Virus record (IMG/VR): IMGVR_UViG_3300042465_005589
Span: 254,165-318,164 of that record
Reading direction: 5' to 3' (one strand)
DNA: 64,000 bases
Shown here: in pieces, positions 21,001-30,500 of the stretch
Layout of the letters: every line of letters begins with the position of its first letter
Position numbering within the stretch: position 1 is the stretch's first letter
Program-made: the position numbers and the translations under genes
The notes under the pieces: generated by a model
What the model saw: only the letters and a program-made list of their open reading frames with translations
What the model was told of the DNA's origin: nothing
Databases searched by the model: none

Positions 21001-23041
21001 GTCTACCTAAGAAAGAAGTATCATTCCAATTAGCAGTACTACTATCTGAAAACTTTAAATCATACGGAGGAAACCACATAACTCTACCACCATTTGGACC
21101 TTTCTCACAAACAGGTAATTCATCATAAGTAAATCCAGGTCTACTTGATGTTCTCCAAGCTAAATTCTCAATTGAGAACATATATTTTTTAGCATATCCC
21201 CCCGTTCCATTAACATTATTCGCAATAATGTTTGTTGAGCCCGGATTTCTTAATGGAGTAATATTCAAATTATATGTGTTATCCAAAACAGAATGAGTAA
21301 ATCTTCTACCTGATGTAGTTATACCATCTGTTTTTTGTAAATCATTATATGCGTAATAAGGATTATCTTTTGTGAAAACTCTACAATATTCAATACCGGC
21401 AGCCCCACCTGTTGTATTATCAGTATACGATAAAACTTGAGAACCTTTAGTAATTTCTTTATAACCATCATTGAATACCTTACTAATCTGATTCATTGCG
21501 TTACCAACGTGTTTCAATCGAGCAATACCCGTAACACTATCAGCCGAATCAATTAATCTTTGAGTTTGGTCTAATATTGATGTTGATTTAAATTCAATGT
21601 TTGTTGATTCATCTCTAGTGATGTTTCCACTAACCAATTGATAGTCCTCATCCATAGTTCCGGAACCACCACCCGGTATCGCTCTGAATCCAGCATTGGC
21701 TTTATATTTTGGAGATACCCAAACAAATCCTCCGTCAATACCCCCACCGTCACTATAGGACTTACCTCCTAAACCAAAATTGTTAAGTGTTGATTCATTA
21801 CCTTCATATAAAATACCCATCTCTGATGGACCATATACAGGTGAAGGGTCTTGTTGACCAAATGCGTTAACCGGTATTTGATTTGGGGGTGATGTAATGT
21901 AAGAAGGTTCAGATGTTCTATTACCAACATAATAACCTCCAACTAATGTACCATTACCCGGATTAATATTTGGAACTAATAAATTAACAAGACCTTGAGC
22001 AACCCCAAATAATAAACCATAATCTTTATCGTATGATGGTTGATATCTATTATAATTAATATTTGCAAATAAAACTGACCTTTGTCCGTTACCTGTGTTG
22101 GCTAAAAATATTTGTGAACCACCTCTACTAAGATTTAATATTGGACCTAATAAACCACCTGTTAATTGATTAACAGTACTTAAAGCATTTGATGTTTGTT
22201 GTGTTTGACTATTTTCGTTATTATCATTGAAATAATCTCCCGGTATTAATGAAACTGGCCAATAAGCACCCGCCAATCTTGTTAAGAAGTCGGCAGCGGC
22301 AACAACAGGGTTTTCAGGCACTGTAATCTTCCAATTTTTATAAATTAAAGGTTGTTGACCTGACAACATCATACTAATCTCAAACGGGTCTTGTAGAGAT
22401 TGTAAATTTATTTGACCTAATGTGTTTTGAAATAATTCAGCATCAATTCTTTTTTTCAATAACGAATTTAATTCAAGAGCTCCAAATCTCGCAATAAAAG
22501 AATCCTGAGATAGCAACCCATTACTTCCAATAGGATTATTTGATAATAAAATATTATAAGGCGAATAAGTTGATGGAGCAAAACTTGGTGGTTCCCAATA
22601 AGGTTGATATATCTTATTGTTATTTTCAACATCTGTTATAATAACTAAATCATTATAACCACCCGACGGTCCATACCCATTTTGAATATAAGCAGCATCA
22701 ATAAAAAATTCATTAAGTAAGTCTAACGCTGTGTCGTTGGGGTTATATTCCCCCTGATTTGAATTTACAGGTAAAGGAGGTCCGTTAAAATTAATTTCTA
22801 AATTATACCCACCATTAGGTCCATATTCGTTTAATGGATATAATAAATTACCATATGGGTCATTCGTTATTAACTCACCTGGTGAATCAATAACATTACT
22901 TACACCTAAAATGGTTTCGTAATTAACTTGATTTGCCGGTGGGGTGTACACTCCTTGAACACTATAAGGTGCCAAGTTTTTCGCCATTAGAGAATTTCTA
23001 AAGGAAGACGTGGACGCAAATGATAATGAACTCTCTGCCAT
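18026..23041 (-). CDS. Large baseplate/tube-initiator-like protein with internal OmpA-like domain
   Basis: FLGRPEPIYTYKNTSRTGSLSWKIIVD and PPVLVLRIGDFY...VNLSF tube-fold-like segments; FYFDND...GSAS...YNTNLSKRR...RRVKI. Confidence 0.6.
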   Translation of the reverse strand: MAESSLSFASTSSFRNSLMAKNLAPYSVQGVYTPPANQVNYETILGVSNVIDSPGELITNDPYGNLLYPLNEYGPNGGYNLEINFNGPPLPVNSNQGEYNPNDTALDLLNEFFIDAAYIQNGYGPSGGYNDLVIITDVENNNKIYQPYWEPPSFAPSTYSPYNILLSNNPIGSNGLLSQDSFIARFGALELNSLLKKRIDAELFQNTLGQINLQSLQDPFEISMMLSGQQPLIYKNWKITVPENPVVAAADFLTRLAGAYWPVSLIPGDYFNDNNENSQTQQTSNALSTVNQLTGGLLGPILNLSRGGSQIFLANTGNGQRSVLFANINYNRYQPSYDKDYGLLFGVAQGLVNLLVPNINPGNGTLVGGYYVGNRTSEPSYITSPPNQIPVNAFGQQDPSPVYGPSEMGILYEGNESTLNNFGLGGKSYSDGGGIDGGFVWVSPKYKANAGFRAIPGGGSGTMDEDYQLVSGNITRDESTNIEFKSTSILDQTQRLIDSADSVTGIARLKHVGNAMNQISKVFNDGYKEITKGSQVLSYTDNTTGGAAGIEYCRVFTKDNPYYAYNDLQKTDGITTSGRRFTHSVLDNTYNLNITPLRNPGSTNIIANNVNGTGGYAKKYMFSIENLAWRTSSRPGFTYDELPVCEKGPNGGRVMWFPPYDLKFSDSSTANWNDTSFLGRPEPIYTYKNTSRTGSLSWKIIVDSPSVMNAVVEKQLKGQNKERINSIIDSFFAGCVKYDIYELALKFNTIPTKDLYTYQEILSKPNLTNEELKSVSASIPRENSVTQGGAGTPGDATNSTTNPDTSIDDFKKNYSQLAFYFDNDIPDPNSKGVVSSVPYNETYETYTSDGNIKTYVDTASAIFNVGVTNRNVGEFFTNIVKDNYKKIALNDKNFIVDAYNILKEKKGTINIQMVGSASATASVPYNTNLSKRRNDSVIQFLKEYKIGEANLAPFFENGTLQITLQSGEGEKISIPQSESGTGTQVECTKNVVSSSGTDVSNKKAETYSTDAMACRRVKINSIAIAPIAPTTIVKPPEKAEIITPEVTNTTINTIKPVQTVTIEQKLKEGIGKRIIRQLLTECDYFDVIKETNPMVYGSIADKIKFFNPAFHSMTPEGLNSRLTFLNQCVRPGETIPVIGADGKPKYNDAVNTSFGAPPVLVLRIGDFYNGKIIPKTISFTYEPLLLDMNPEGIGIQPMLANVNLSFDMIGGMGLARPVEQLQNALSFNFYANTEIYDERAKWTEDTSALDATLIQSILNAQPPVTVNNVQNEITNDGGNTIGDILTNIPVTSGQTGEITYMSIMDKILDATKEYYTNVLNQSDSIVKSYNYGVWQLITQDRLYTSGEISLNSSSILAPIYGKPEGVETKVDSLFSTFISDINADNPTNQNYIISRLVGYKFTDATIQRVKTNMNQYITTLKGGYSSGLFTKIQEIVILEQSMVQIIRKINLVTTKTDGKILDTGIPRVYTISGTTEVNTASLGSPLDTYQELCDDYRLVGIRLDDFNVLMDAEKIITTVTVPYEGPGEFEPISKDFATASVQDKRQFMVMAQIFNDKNKLTQFKNAIISGELKSDNKLVRKFNNICDDFADLTKKELIAEEKFIKTIKGKESYLKFVNQPAYPKGKLRKFTYTTVPDPATETQQKTDIANLYKTVNVNNDKLTFDGKIKFD

Positions 23042-23078
23042 ATATTCTAATTTATCTATAAATAGATTGTACTTTATT

Positions 23079-24974
23079 TTATGTTGTTAATGTTGAACTT
23101 AAATTAGAGTTCATTAACTGTGTTTTGTTTGCCGTTGGAGCCAATAAACCATTACTAAACATTCCCTCTTTTATCGCCATAACAATACCTTGTTGAACAT
23201 CCGTATTCTTAAGTGCCATAACAATTTGATTAGTATCTACATTACCATTAGTCTTTAAATCAACATTATGATTTAAAGTGATTTCAATTGGTGTTTTTGT
23301 TGTATTACTATTTGAACTTTGTTGTTCATTAGTCGACATTGTTGACGTATTTCTAACATTACTAATATCTCTTTTAACATTTGTTGGATTAGCATCCGAT
23401 GATTGTTTTTTAGCACTAGAGGTGGCTCTTAAATCATTTTTCATCAATTGTTCCATTCGGGCAACATTAGGAAAATCTTTATTTAACTTTTCTTGTTCTT
23501 CTTTAGCGGTATTCATTCCTGTTTGAAATGCTGATTTAATCAATGTATTTAACTTTGATAAATTTTCCCCAACTTCCTTTCTAGCCTCAGCAGCTGTTAT
23601 TTCACCATCTGTTAATCTTTTAAGAGTGTCTAAACTTCTATCAATCCCTGTATCAATTGTCCCTCTAAGATTTTTTGAGTCTAATTCTTTTGGTGATAGA
23701 ACTTTTCTTGCACTTGTTGTTGCTGCTCTAGTATATTTTTGAACACCAGTCATACTTTTACTACCGGCGAGAGCTAATCCCGGTTTATCAGCCAATGATT
23801 TAATGTCGGCAGCAATAGACACCAACGTAGATAATTGGTCTTTAGCCAACTCCTCCATAGTTTTTGGAGCGGTATTAGCCATTTTTTCAAGATTTGCAAC
23901 ATCTGTAGCATTTAATTCATCTATAGCCTTTGCAACTGTTTTTCCTGTTTCTGGGTCAGTTACTTGTACCTCATATTTACCTCCAGCACCCATTTCAGAC
24001 ATATTGGCTATCGTCTTTTGCATCTTTTCGTCTAACTCAGGTAACTCAGGAAAACGAATTTTACTCATTTTATCCTCTAACTCCGCACTTGCCAAAGACA
24101 TTTTTGCCAATTCACCTGCGGGTAATCCCATCGCCTTCTCTAACTCCCTCATTTGACGTTTTGCTCCCGGCATAATTTCAAATTGACCTTTTTCATTTAA
24201 TTGAGTAAATGATTTACCCATCTCCGCCATTTGATTTTGTAATTCAGCGGGGTCATTCTGAGCTAAGTCCATTAATTTTAACGGGTCAAGTAAACTACTT
24301 TGAGTAACACCTAATCTTTGCATAGCTGCCGCCATTTCAATAGCACCTTCAGGGTCAAAAACTTTTTCAGCAAAACCTAACGTTGTTTTCATATCAATTC
24401 TTAACATAGCCGCTTGTGCCGCCATTTTTGCTAAACCTGATACACCACCTTCAAAATTATATTTACTAAGAGAGTCCATATTTTGTAAAACAGCTGAAGA
24501 CACTTTTTGTGCATTAACACCTGATTGAGCAGCAATATCCACAACATTTTTCATTTCCTTAGCGACTTGTCCCGCACCATATCCCGCATCTTTAAATCCT
24601 TTAACTAATGGACCAATTTGTTCACCAGTAACTTTCATTGTTGCGTAAAGGTCTTTATTTACTTCAGCAGATAACACAACATTTCTACCTAAAGCTGATG
24701 ACGCCTCTTTTTGAGTCTCAATTACATCTTTGATATCACCACCTAAAACTCTAACACTACTAACTGCATCCGCCATTGTTGCACTTAATGTTTGAGCCAT
24801 TTGTTGACCAAGACCAAATTGTTTTAAAAGTTCACTTGACCCCGCATCTAGTTGTGCAACAACCTTACCAACCGCATCAACACTAAAATTACTTTCTAAA
24901 GCATCTCCTAACGACTTAAGAATATCCTTACCTTTTTTTTCACTAGCCTCTAAATTACTTCCAGCATCTTGCAT
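23079..24974 (-). CDS. Tape measure protein (putative)
   Basis: 631-aa Ala/Gln/Met-rich helical protein downstream of tube and chaperone genes. Confidence 0.65.
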   Translation of the reverse strand: MQDAGSNLEASEKKGKDILKSLGDALESNFSVDAVGKVVAQLDAGSSELLKQFGLGQQMAQTLSATMADAVSSVRVLGGDIKDVIETQKEASSALGRNVVLSAEVNKDLYATMKVTGEQIGPLVKGFKDAGYGAGQVAKEMKNVVDIAAQSGVNAQKVSSAVLQNMDSLSKYNFEGGVSGLAKMAAQAAMLRIDMKTTLGFAEKVFDPEGAIEMAAAMQRLGVTQSSLLDPLKLMDLAQNDPAELQNQMAEMGKSFTQLNEKGQFEIMPGAKRQMRELEKAMGLPAGELAKMSLASAELEDKMSKIRFPELPELDEKMQKTIANMSEMGAGGKYEVQVTDPETGKTVAKAIDELNATDVANLEKMANTAPKTMEELAKDQLSTLVSIAADIKSLADKPGLALAGSKSMTGVQKYTRAATTSARKVLSPKELDSKNLRGTIDTGIDRSLDTLKRLTDGEITAAEARKEVGENLSKLNTLIKSAFQTGMNTAKEEQEKLNKDFPNVARMEQLMKNDLRATSSAKKQSSDANPTNVKRDISNVRNTSTMSTNEQQSSNSNTTKTPIEITLNHNVDLKTNGNVDTNQIVMALKNTDVQQGIVMAIKEGMFSNGLLAPTANKTQLMNSNLSSTLTT

Positions 24975-24995
24975 ATTAAATTTCTTTTATAAATA

Positions 24996-25037
24996 AATAC
25001 ACCAAAGACATATTTTAATTTACGTCTTTGGTGTATT
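24996..25037. terminator. 14-bp perfect inverted repeat before the tape measure gene
   Basis: AATACACCAAAGAC-N14-GTCTTTGGTGTATT, followed on the minus strand by TATTTATA. Confidence 0.55.
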
Positions 25038-25163
25038 ATCTTCTATTATTCTGTTTATTAAAAATTTTCTAACATAAGTGGGCATCTCGTTGAAATCATT
25101 ATAAGAAGTCCTTATAAATTTAGCCATCAAGTAATATTCCTCAATTAGAAGTTGCCGATAGTT
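25020..25163 (-). CDS. Unannotated +1-frame extension of the tail chaperone (GT-like product)
   Basis: NYRQLLIEEYYLMAKFIRTSYNDFNEMPTYVRKFLINRIIEDNTPKT is open in the +1 frame across the upstream stop; internal ATG at 25127. Confidence 0.6.
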   Translation of the reverse strand, partial: NYRQLLIEEYYLMAKFIRTSYNDFNEMPTYVRKFLINRIIEDNTPKT

Positions 25164-25917
25164 AAAAGAAAGGCCGAAAAAACTCCACCCCAAAGGTTAT
25201 CTCGAAAGATACCAGTTCTCCTGACGGGGCGTTTGCTGTTCTCTTAAGGTCCAATGACGGTTCATTCTCCCTTAAAAAAGTTCTTATGTATTTAGAGTCC
25301 ATAATTGGTAAAGTATCTACAAACATAGCTATTTTACCTCTATCGTTATCCCCATCAATTTCAACAATTTGTTTTTGTAATTTCCAAGTAATTCTTGGTG
25401 CCTGTCTTCCTGCAGGATATTGTTCAACCATTTTATCTAACTCAATAGTATCATAGAAAGTTGTTGGTCTTAATTTAACAGTAATACCTGTTTTAGGTAA
25501 TTTAGTTAAGAAAAATCCATTTTCATCCGGTTGATTTTGGGTTTTTTTAATATTTAACTCATCCAATATAACAGTATGAGTAAATAATTTGTTAGTTTGT
25601 GGGTCAGTTAAATTAACTGTGTATTCAGCGCCAAACGAAGTATTTCTTAAAAATATCAAAATAGCTTCAACATCACCATCAAGTAGTTCTTCAGGACGTA
25701 AATCATGTTCATATAATTTATTACGTAATAAAGTTAATACCACATTTTCTTTACCCGCTAGCGCACCAATTAAATAATTTTCATCAGACGCTGTTAAGTA
25801 ACCGATTTTAACCGATTTTCTTTTAGATTTATAAAAAATTCCACCACTAGGTAATGATACCACATCATGTGGTAATGTGAAATTTTCTGTTCCTGCATTA
25901 ATTAAACTCTCATCCAT
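25162..25917 (-). CDS. Tail assembly chaperone / gp26-like baseplate hub assembly protein
   Basis: VSLPSGG-FY, YLTASDENYL, MDSKYIRTFL; lies between tube and tape measure genes. Confidence 0.7.
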   Translation of the reverse strand: MDESLINAGTENFTLPHDVVSLPSGGIFYKSKRKSVKIGYLTASDENYLIGALAGKENVVLTLLRNKLYEHDLRPEELLDGDVEAILIFLRNTSFGAEYTVNLTDPQTNKLFTHTVILDELNIKKTQNQPDENGFFLTKLPKTGITVKLRPTTFYDTIELDKMVEQYPAGRQAPRITWKLQKQIVEIDGDNDRGKIAMFVDTLPIMDSKYIRTFLRENEPSLDLKRTANAPSGELVSFEITFGVEFFRPFF

Positions 25918-25978
25918 ATAAATTTGTTTTTATTATAAATAATAATTGTATACTTTTTTTTATAAATAGTTAATAAAA

Positions 25979-26005
25979 AATCCACATATTTTTGATATGT
26001 GGATT
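25979..26005 (-). terminator. Intrinsic terminator after tail tube gene
   Basis: AATCCACATAT-N5-ATATGTGGATT with minus-strand T-run. Confidence 0.8.
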
Positions 26006-26031
26006 CTTAAATTTAAATATAAAATATTATT

Positions 26032-26520
26032 TTAGTAAACTAATATACATCTATCCATACGTAATGTTGTAGAAATAGTTGCTAAAGCATCTTGACTATA
26101 CCCTAAAGCGTCAAAATTAACATCAGATAAGAAAGTCCCTTCTAATATCCATTTTTCCACAACAACACCTGTTGGGTCCAACATTTCAAGGTCAATATTC
26201 TTTTTATATCCCGCAGCATATCCCATACGTCCGGTAACTGATTCAGCACATAAACGTACCCACTCCATAAGAGCTTGTGACGCTGACGGACCAATTGGGT
26301 CACGAAATTTAACGTTAATTGTACCCCATGTAAAACGACCTGCAACATATGTTTCAGTGTTTAAAAATGGAATCGCAACAGGATTAATTGTTATATGTGG
26401 TCTTGCTGCCGATTCTACGAACCATTCATTAATTCCTAATGTTGAAGGAAAACGTAGAATAAACCTATTTTGTCTTTTAGGTTCGTAAGGTATGGGCATT
26501 TTCATTAATAAATCAGCCAT
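26032..26520 (-). CDS. Tail tube protein, gp19-like
   Basis: YEPKRQNRF, GRFTWGTINVKFRDPI, YKKNIDLEMLDPTGVVVEKW. Confidence 0.88.
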   Translation of the reverse strand: MADLLMKMPIPYEPKRQNRFILRFPSTLGINEWFVESAARPHITINPVAIPFLNTETYVAGRFTWGTINVKFRDPIGPSASQALMEWVRLCAESVTGRMGYAAGYKKNIDLEMLDPTGVVVEKWILEGTFLSDVNFDALGYSQDALATISTTLRMDRCILVY

Positions 26521-26590
26521 TTCAAATTGTTTTTAATTTTATTTTATTTATCTTTATTTAATAAATATCTCTATTTAAAAAATATTTATC

Positions 26591-26619
26591 TTGACTTTTA
26601 GAATTTAATTTATTATAAT
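26591..26619 (+). promoter_or_regulatory. Orphan sigma70-type promoter with no downstream sense ORF
   Basis: TTGACT-N17-TATAAT on the plus strand. Confidence 0.65.
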
Positions 26620-26630
26620 TATAATCCAGT

Positions 26631-26667
26631 CTAGTTTATTTAATACTAGTTTTTTTTTAACTAGTTT
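26631..26667. repeat. Three CTAGTTT units at 15-bp spacing
   Basis: CTAGT at 26631, 26646 and 26661 within a T-rich tract. Confidence 0.75.
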
Positions 26668-26699
26668 TTTTTTATTTAATTCTATTTTATTATAAGTAT

Positions 26700-27518
26700 T
26701 TAATATTCTTTTTTTATTCCTCCTGCTGTTGAATAAGTTTTAATAATATTTTCTGGGTCTTGCTCAAAATGTTTCTTTACTACATCCACATTTTTTATGT
26801 CGTCATCTGAAAAACCTACTTTAGGAACAAAATAATTATTTATTTTATTTTTTAAGAACGCCTTTTTTTGAATATGTTGAGACATTGCTTTAACATATTG
26901 AACAAATTCTTTTAAAGCTTTAATTTTCCCTTCTTCCGGATTTGTTGCGGAACCTTCTCCATAACTTACAGGATAAAATTTACATAAATCTAAATATTCT
27001 CTAATCATCTCCTTTTTAGAAACATTTTCTTCATCAGCTAAATCTCTATATTTTTCTAAATTTTTAACTAACTCAGTTGAATTAATTCCATTACGGTTTG
27101 ATACAATATAATTATAACAAGCCTCTTTTAATACTGATGGTGTGTGCCCTCTCGCAGTAACTATAGAAAAAATTGACCCATTATTAATTGCTTCAACAAA
27201 ATCAGCCCAAGCCGGTCCCGGTTTTGCTAACATAGAATCAACAATAAATTGTTTATCACCTTTAACCCCGAAATATCTAAAAGGGTCTTCTGAAAATCCA
27301 ACAATGGTGTGTTTATCAAATTCAAATGGTTCCTTACCTATAATTTCTCTATAAGTTGCGAAATCTTCAGTTGACATTCCAACCTCATCACCATCTTCAT
27401 CTTTTAAGATTATTTTAGTTGGCATTGAAACTATATTATCGTCCCAATCAAAAGCGTAATACTTCTCATCCGGAGCACCTTCCTCGTCAATTCCTTCAAT
27501 TATTTTATTTTTTAACAT
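26700..27518 (-). CDS. HAD-superfamily hydrolase
   Basis: Motif I AFDWDD, motif II IVTARGH, motif IV GFSDDD. Confidence 0.7.
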   Translation of the reverse strand: MLKNKIIEGIDEEGAPDEKYYAFDWDDNIVSMPTKIILKDEDGDEVGMSTEDFATYREIIGKEPFEFDKHTIVGFSEDPFRYFGVKGDKQFIVDSMLAKPGPAWADFVEAINNGSIFSIVTARGHTPSVLKEACYNYIVSNRNGINSTELVKNLEKYRDLADEENVSKKEMIREYLDLCKFYPVSYGEGSATNPEEGKIKALKEFVQYVKAMSQHIQKKAFLKNKINNYFVPKVGFSDDDIKNVDVVKKHFEQDPENIIKTYSTAGGIKKEY

Positions 27519-27536
27519 ATTTTTGTTATAAGGCTT

Positions 27537-27569
27537 AATTATGACCCACTATTACAATGGGTCATAATT
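27537..27569. other. 12-bp hairpin after the sheath gene
   Basis: AATTATGACCCA-N9-TGGGTCATAATT; no U-tract on the coding strand. Confidence 0.65.
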
Positions 27570-27576
27570 TTATTAA

Positions 27577-30500
27577 TTATATATTCTCGAAAGAAGCTCC
27601 GGTTGGAGTAATATAGAACGTAATGTCTATAAATTCTAACGATTTGGTTGGTTTGATATAAATCTTACCAGTCATTTGATTTCTGTCTAAATCAGCTGCG
27701 TCAGACGAAACAGTTACACGGAAATCATAAAGACCTCTATCTCTTCTAATAGAGTCTAATATTGGGTTAACAGAATCTAAGAAATCTTGTCTTACTTTAG
27801 CATCGTTTTGTTCAAATAATAATCTAACAGAAACTGCCGATATTAATTTACGTGCTTGAAGTAATAATCTTCTTACGTTGATTCTGTCAAGAGCTGATTG
27901 TCTAACTTGAAGAGTTTTATTACCCCAAATTACAGTTCCAACATCAGAGAACGTTGCGATTGGATTTAAACGACCTTGATATAAAGTATCTCTATTCTCT
28001 TGTGTCAATTTAACTCTCGCTTTAACAGCGTTTACGATACCTCTTGTGTAACCCGCCGCAGCGAACCAAGGAAATGCAATATTATCCGTTAACGCTAAGT
28101 TTCTTGTTACCTCAGCAGTTGCCGGTAAGTAAATCTGAGTATTGTTAACAGTATCTCTCATTAACACCCAAGGGTAATAAGTAGCGGTATAGTTAGAGTC
28201 AATACCTGAATTTGCCAAATTATCTACAGCTTCTTGTGGGTAAATAAAATCTAATTGATTACCTGTTGACGGAACATACATATTGTAGTCAGGAGTTGTA
28301 CATACGTACAACGAATCCGCTCTACTATATTCAATCATATCAATAGCACTCTCAACTAAATTAGAGTTATTAACATAATCAATACCCGGTGTTACAAACA
28401 CATTGATGTTTACCGCCTCAGGATTCGCAAATGTTTGTTGACCTAATAAATAAGCGTAATAATCGGTGTTTGCCCAATCTTGAGTGTTACCAGCAACAAT
28501 AATTTGTTTAAATGCTCCCCAACCTGATGCCGTAGGATATTTGATAGTAGGACAGGAACCATTTAAATAACCTTTTCTACCTAACATAAACTCATCTTTA
28601 TTTGTTCTAAATTCTCTATAGATATCCCAACCATCAAAACCACCTTTTACTAAGAATGTGAATTTACGTGCGTAAATTCTATAATAAGGGTTAAGTTCAC
28701 TATCAGGGTCTGATGTAAATGGTGCGTCACCACAAAAGAATGCCGGAGTACCACTTGTTACAAATATATTTGGAATTGTAATACCACTTGCGTTTTTGTC
28801 CATGTGGAAACCTCTTGTTCTAAAATTCCAAGGATTACCTTCAGTATCATTACAAATATCTAAAGGAAGTTGAGTTCCTTTATATTGGAAGAAATCAACA
28901 TCAATACCTTCAGTATCTGAAATACCTAAATAAGTTCTTCTTACATTATCACCAGCACTTGTTGTTGAATCATCCGCTCCTGAAGCTAACCCAAACGGTG
29001 GATTATAAACTACTTCACCAGGATAATAATATTTAGATTTAATTAATGGGAATGGTGGTCTTACACCAGCATATTCTCTATAATCGTATCCTAAGAATCC
29101 ACAAGGAAGAGCATCTATTGGTGCATCCTCGTTAATTTCAACCATAACATAACTTGACAATAAAGGATATTCTCCATCTAAACTACCAATTTTTTTACCA
29201 ACAAATGAATTATCTTGAGGGTTCATACTACAATTAGTGTATTTTTCAAGAACAACAGGTGATGAATCAGTATCAAAGAAATCTCTAATTAATACATCAA
29301 AAGTACCATTGTTAAATGACATATTTGCAATTGATATTTTAATATCAATATTTGCTGAATCACCATCTGCAATAGTTGTAAATTTAAATAAGTTATAAAC
29401 TTTATTACCTCTTAATTCTGAAACAACCCACGGAGAAACCGGTGATTGGAATTTTTCTAAGTAAAAAGCTATTGATGTTGGGTCAATCGATTGACGAGCA
29501 TCAGGTAAAGCTGTTAATTCACAATTTAAACCTCTAATATAACCCATTCTCCAAGCATTCGTTAATAAAGCTTGGAATCTTTCTTCAACAAATAATGGAA
29601 CTACTGTTCTTGGTTTTGAGAAGTTAGTTGAACCAAACACTTTACTAATATATTTTGAATCTGAATTTGATAATGATGTTTCAAAGAAATATTGGTCACC
29701 ATCTTTACTTGTAATATTAACACCAAAAGTTGAAAATGGGTTCTTAGTTACACCTGAATATGTCCCGGTACAATCTAAACTAACATCCGTTAAACCCGAA
29801 ACTTCATAAACAGGTCCATTTTCCAAACCATATGTTGACAATCCTCTTGAACGAAGTGTTGCAACAACTAAGTCATCATAATCTGTATATGCCGTACCCG
29901 AATAAATATAAATCACCCCAATCAATGTACCTGTATAACAATTAACAGGTTTTGCTGTTGTTGTTGACGTAGTTGATGTTGATGTTGTTGTTGTACAAGG
30001 GTTTGTTGTTGATGTCGTCGTTGAAGTTGATGTTGTTGTTGTAATTATTGGTGTCAATGTTAATCCTGTAACAACAGACCAAAATGAAAATCCTGTATAA
30101 GAAGCATTACCAACATTATCAAATAATGAGTAATACCAAGGGTCATTTTGAGGTGCTGAATAATTACATAAATTTGAACTTACATTATCCACTCCGTAAA
30201 CATTAGTTTCACCAGTATATACTGAACTTAAACCCGAATAAACACTAGTTGGTATTGCACCATAATAATTAATTGAAGTGTCTTCTTTAGCCGGTGTTGA
30301 AACGATATCAAAAATTTGACTTGACATATCATCAAACAATGTTGACATTGAACCATCAAATTGTTCGTAAGGTTCATACAAAATTGAAGATATTTCAGAT
30401 GGTAAACTAGATGTGTTTGTAAAACTAACAGTGTTAATACTATTAGTACACGCTGAAAATTCAACAGAATAGTTTATAGTTTTAAAGTCTATACATTCAG

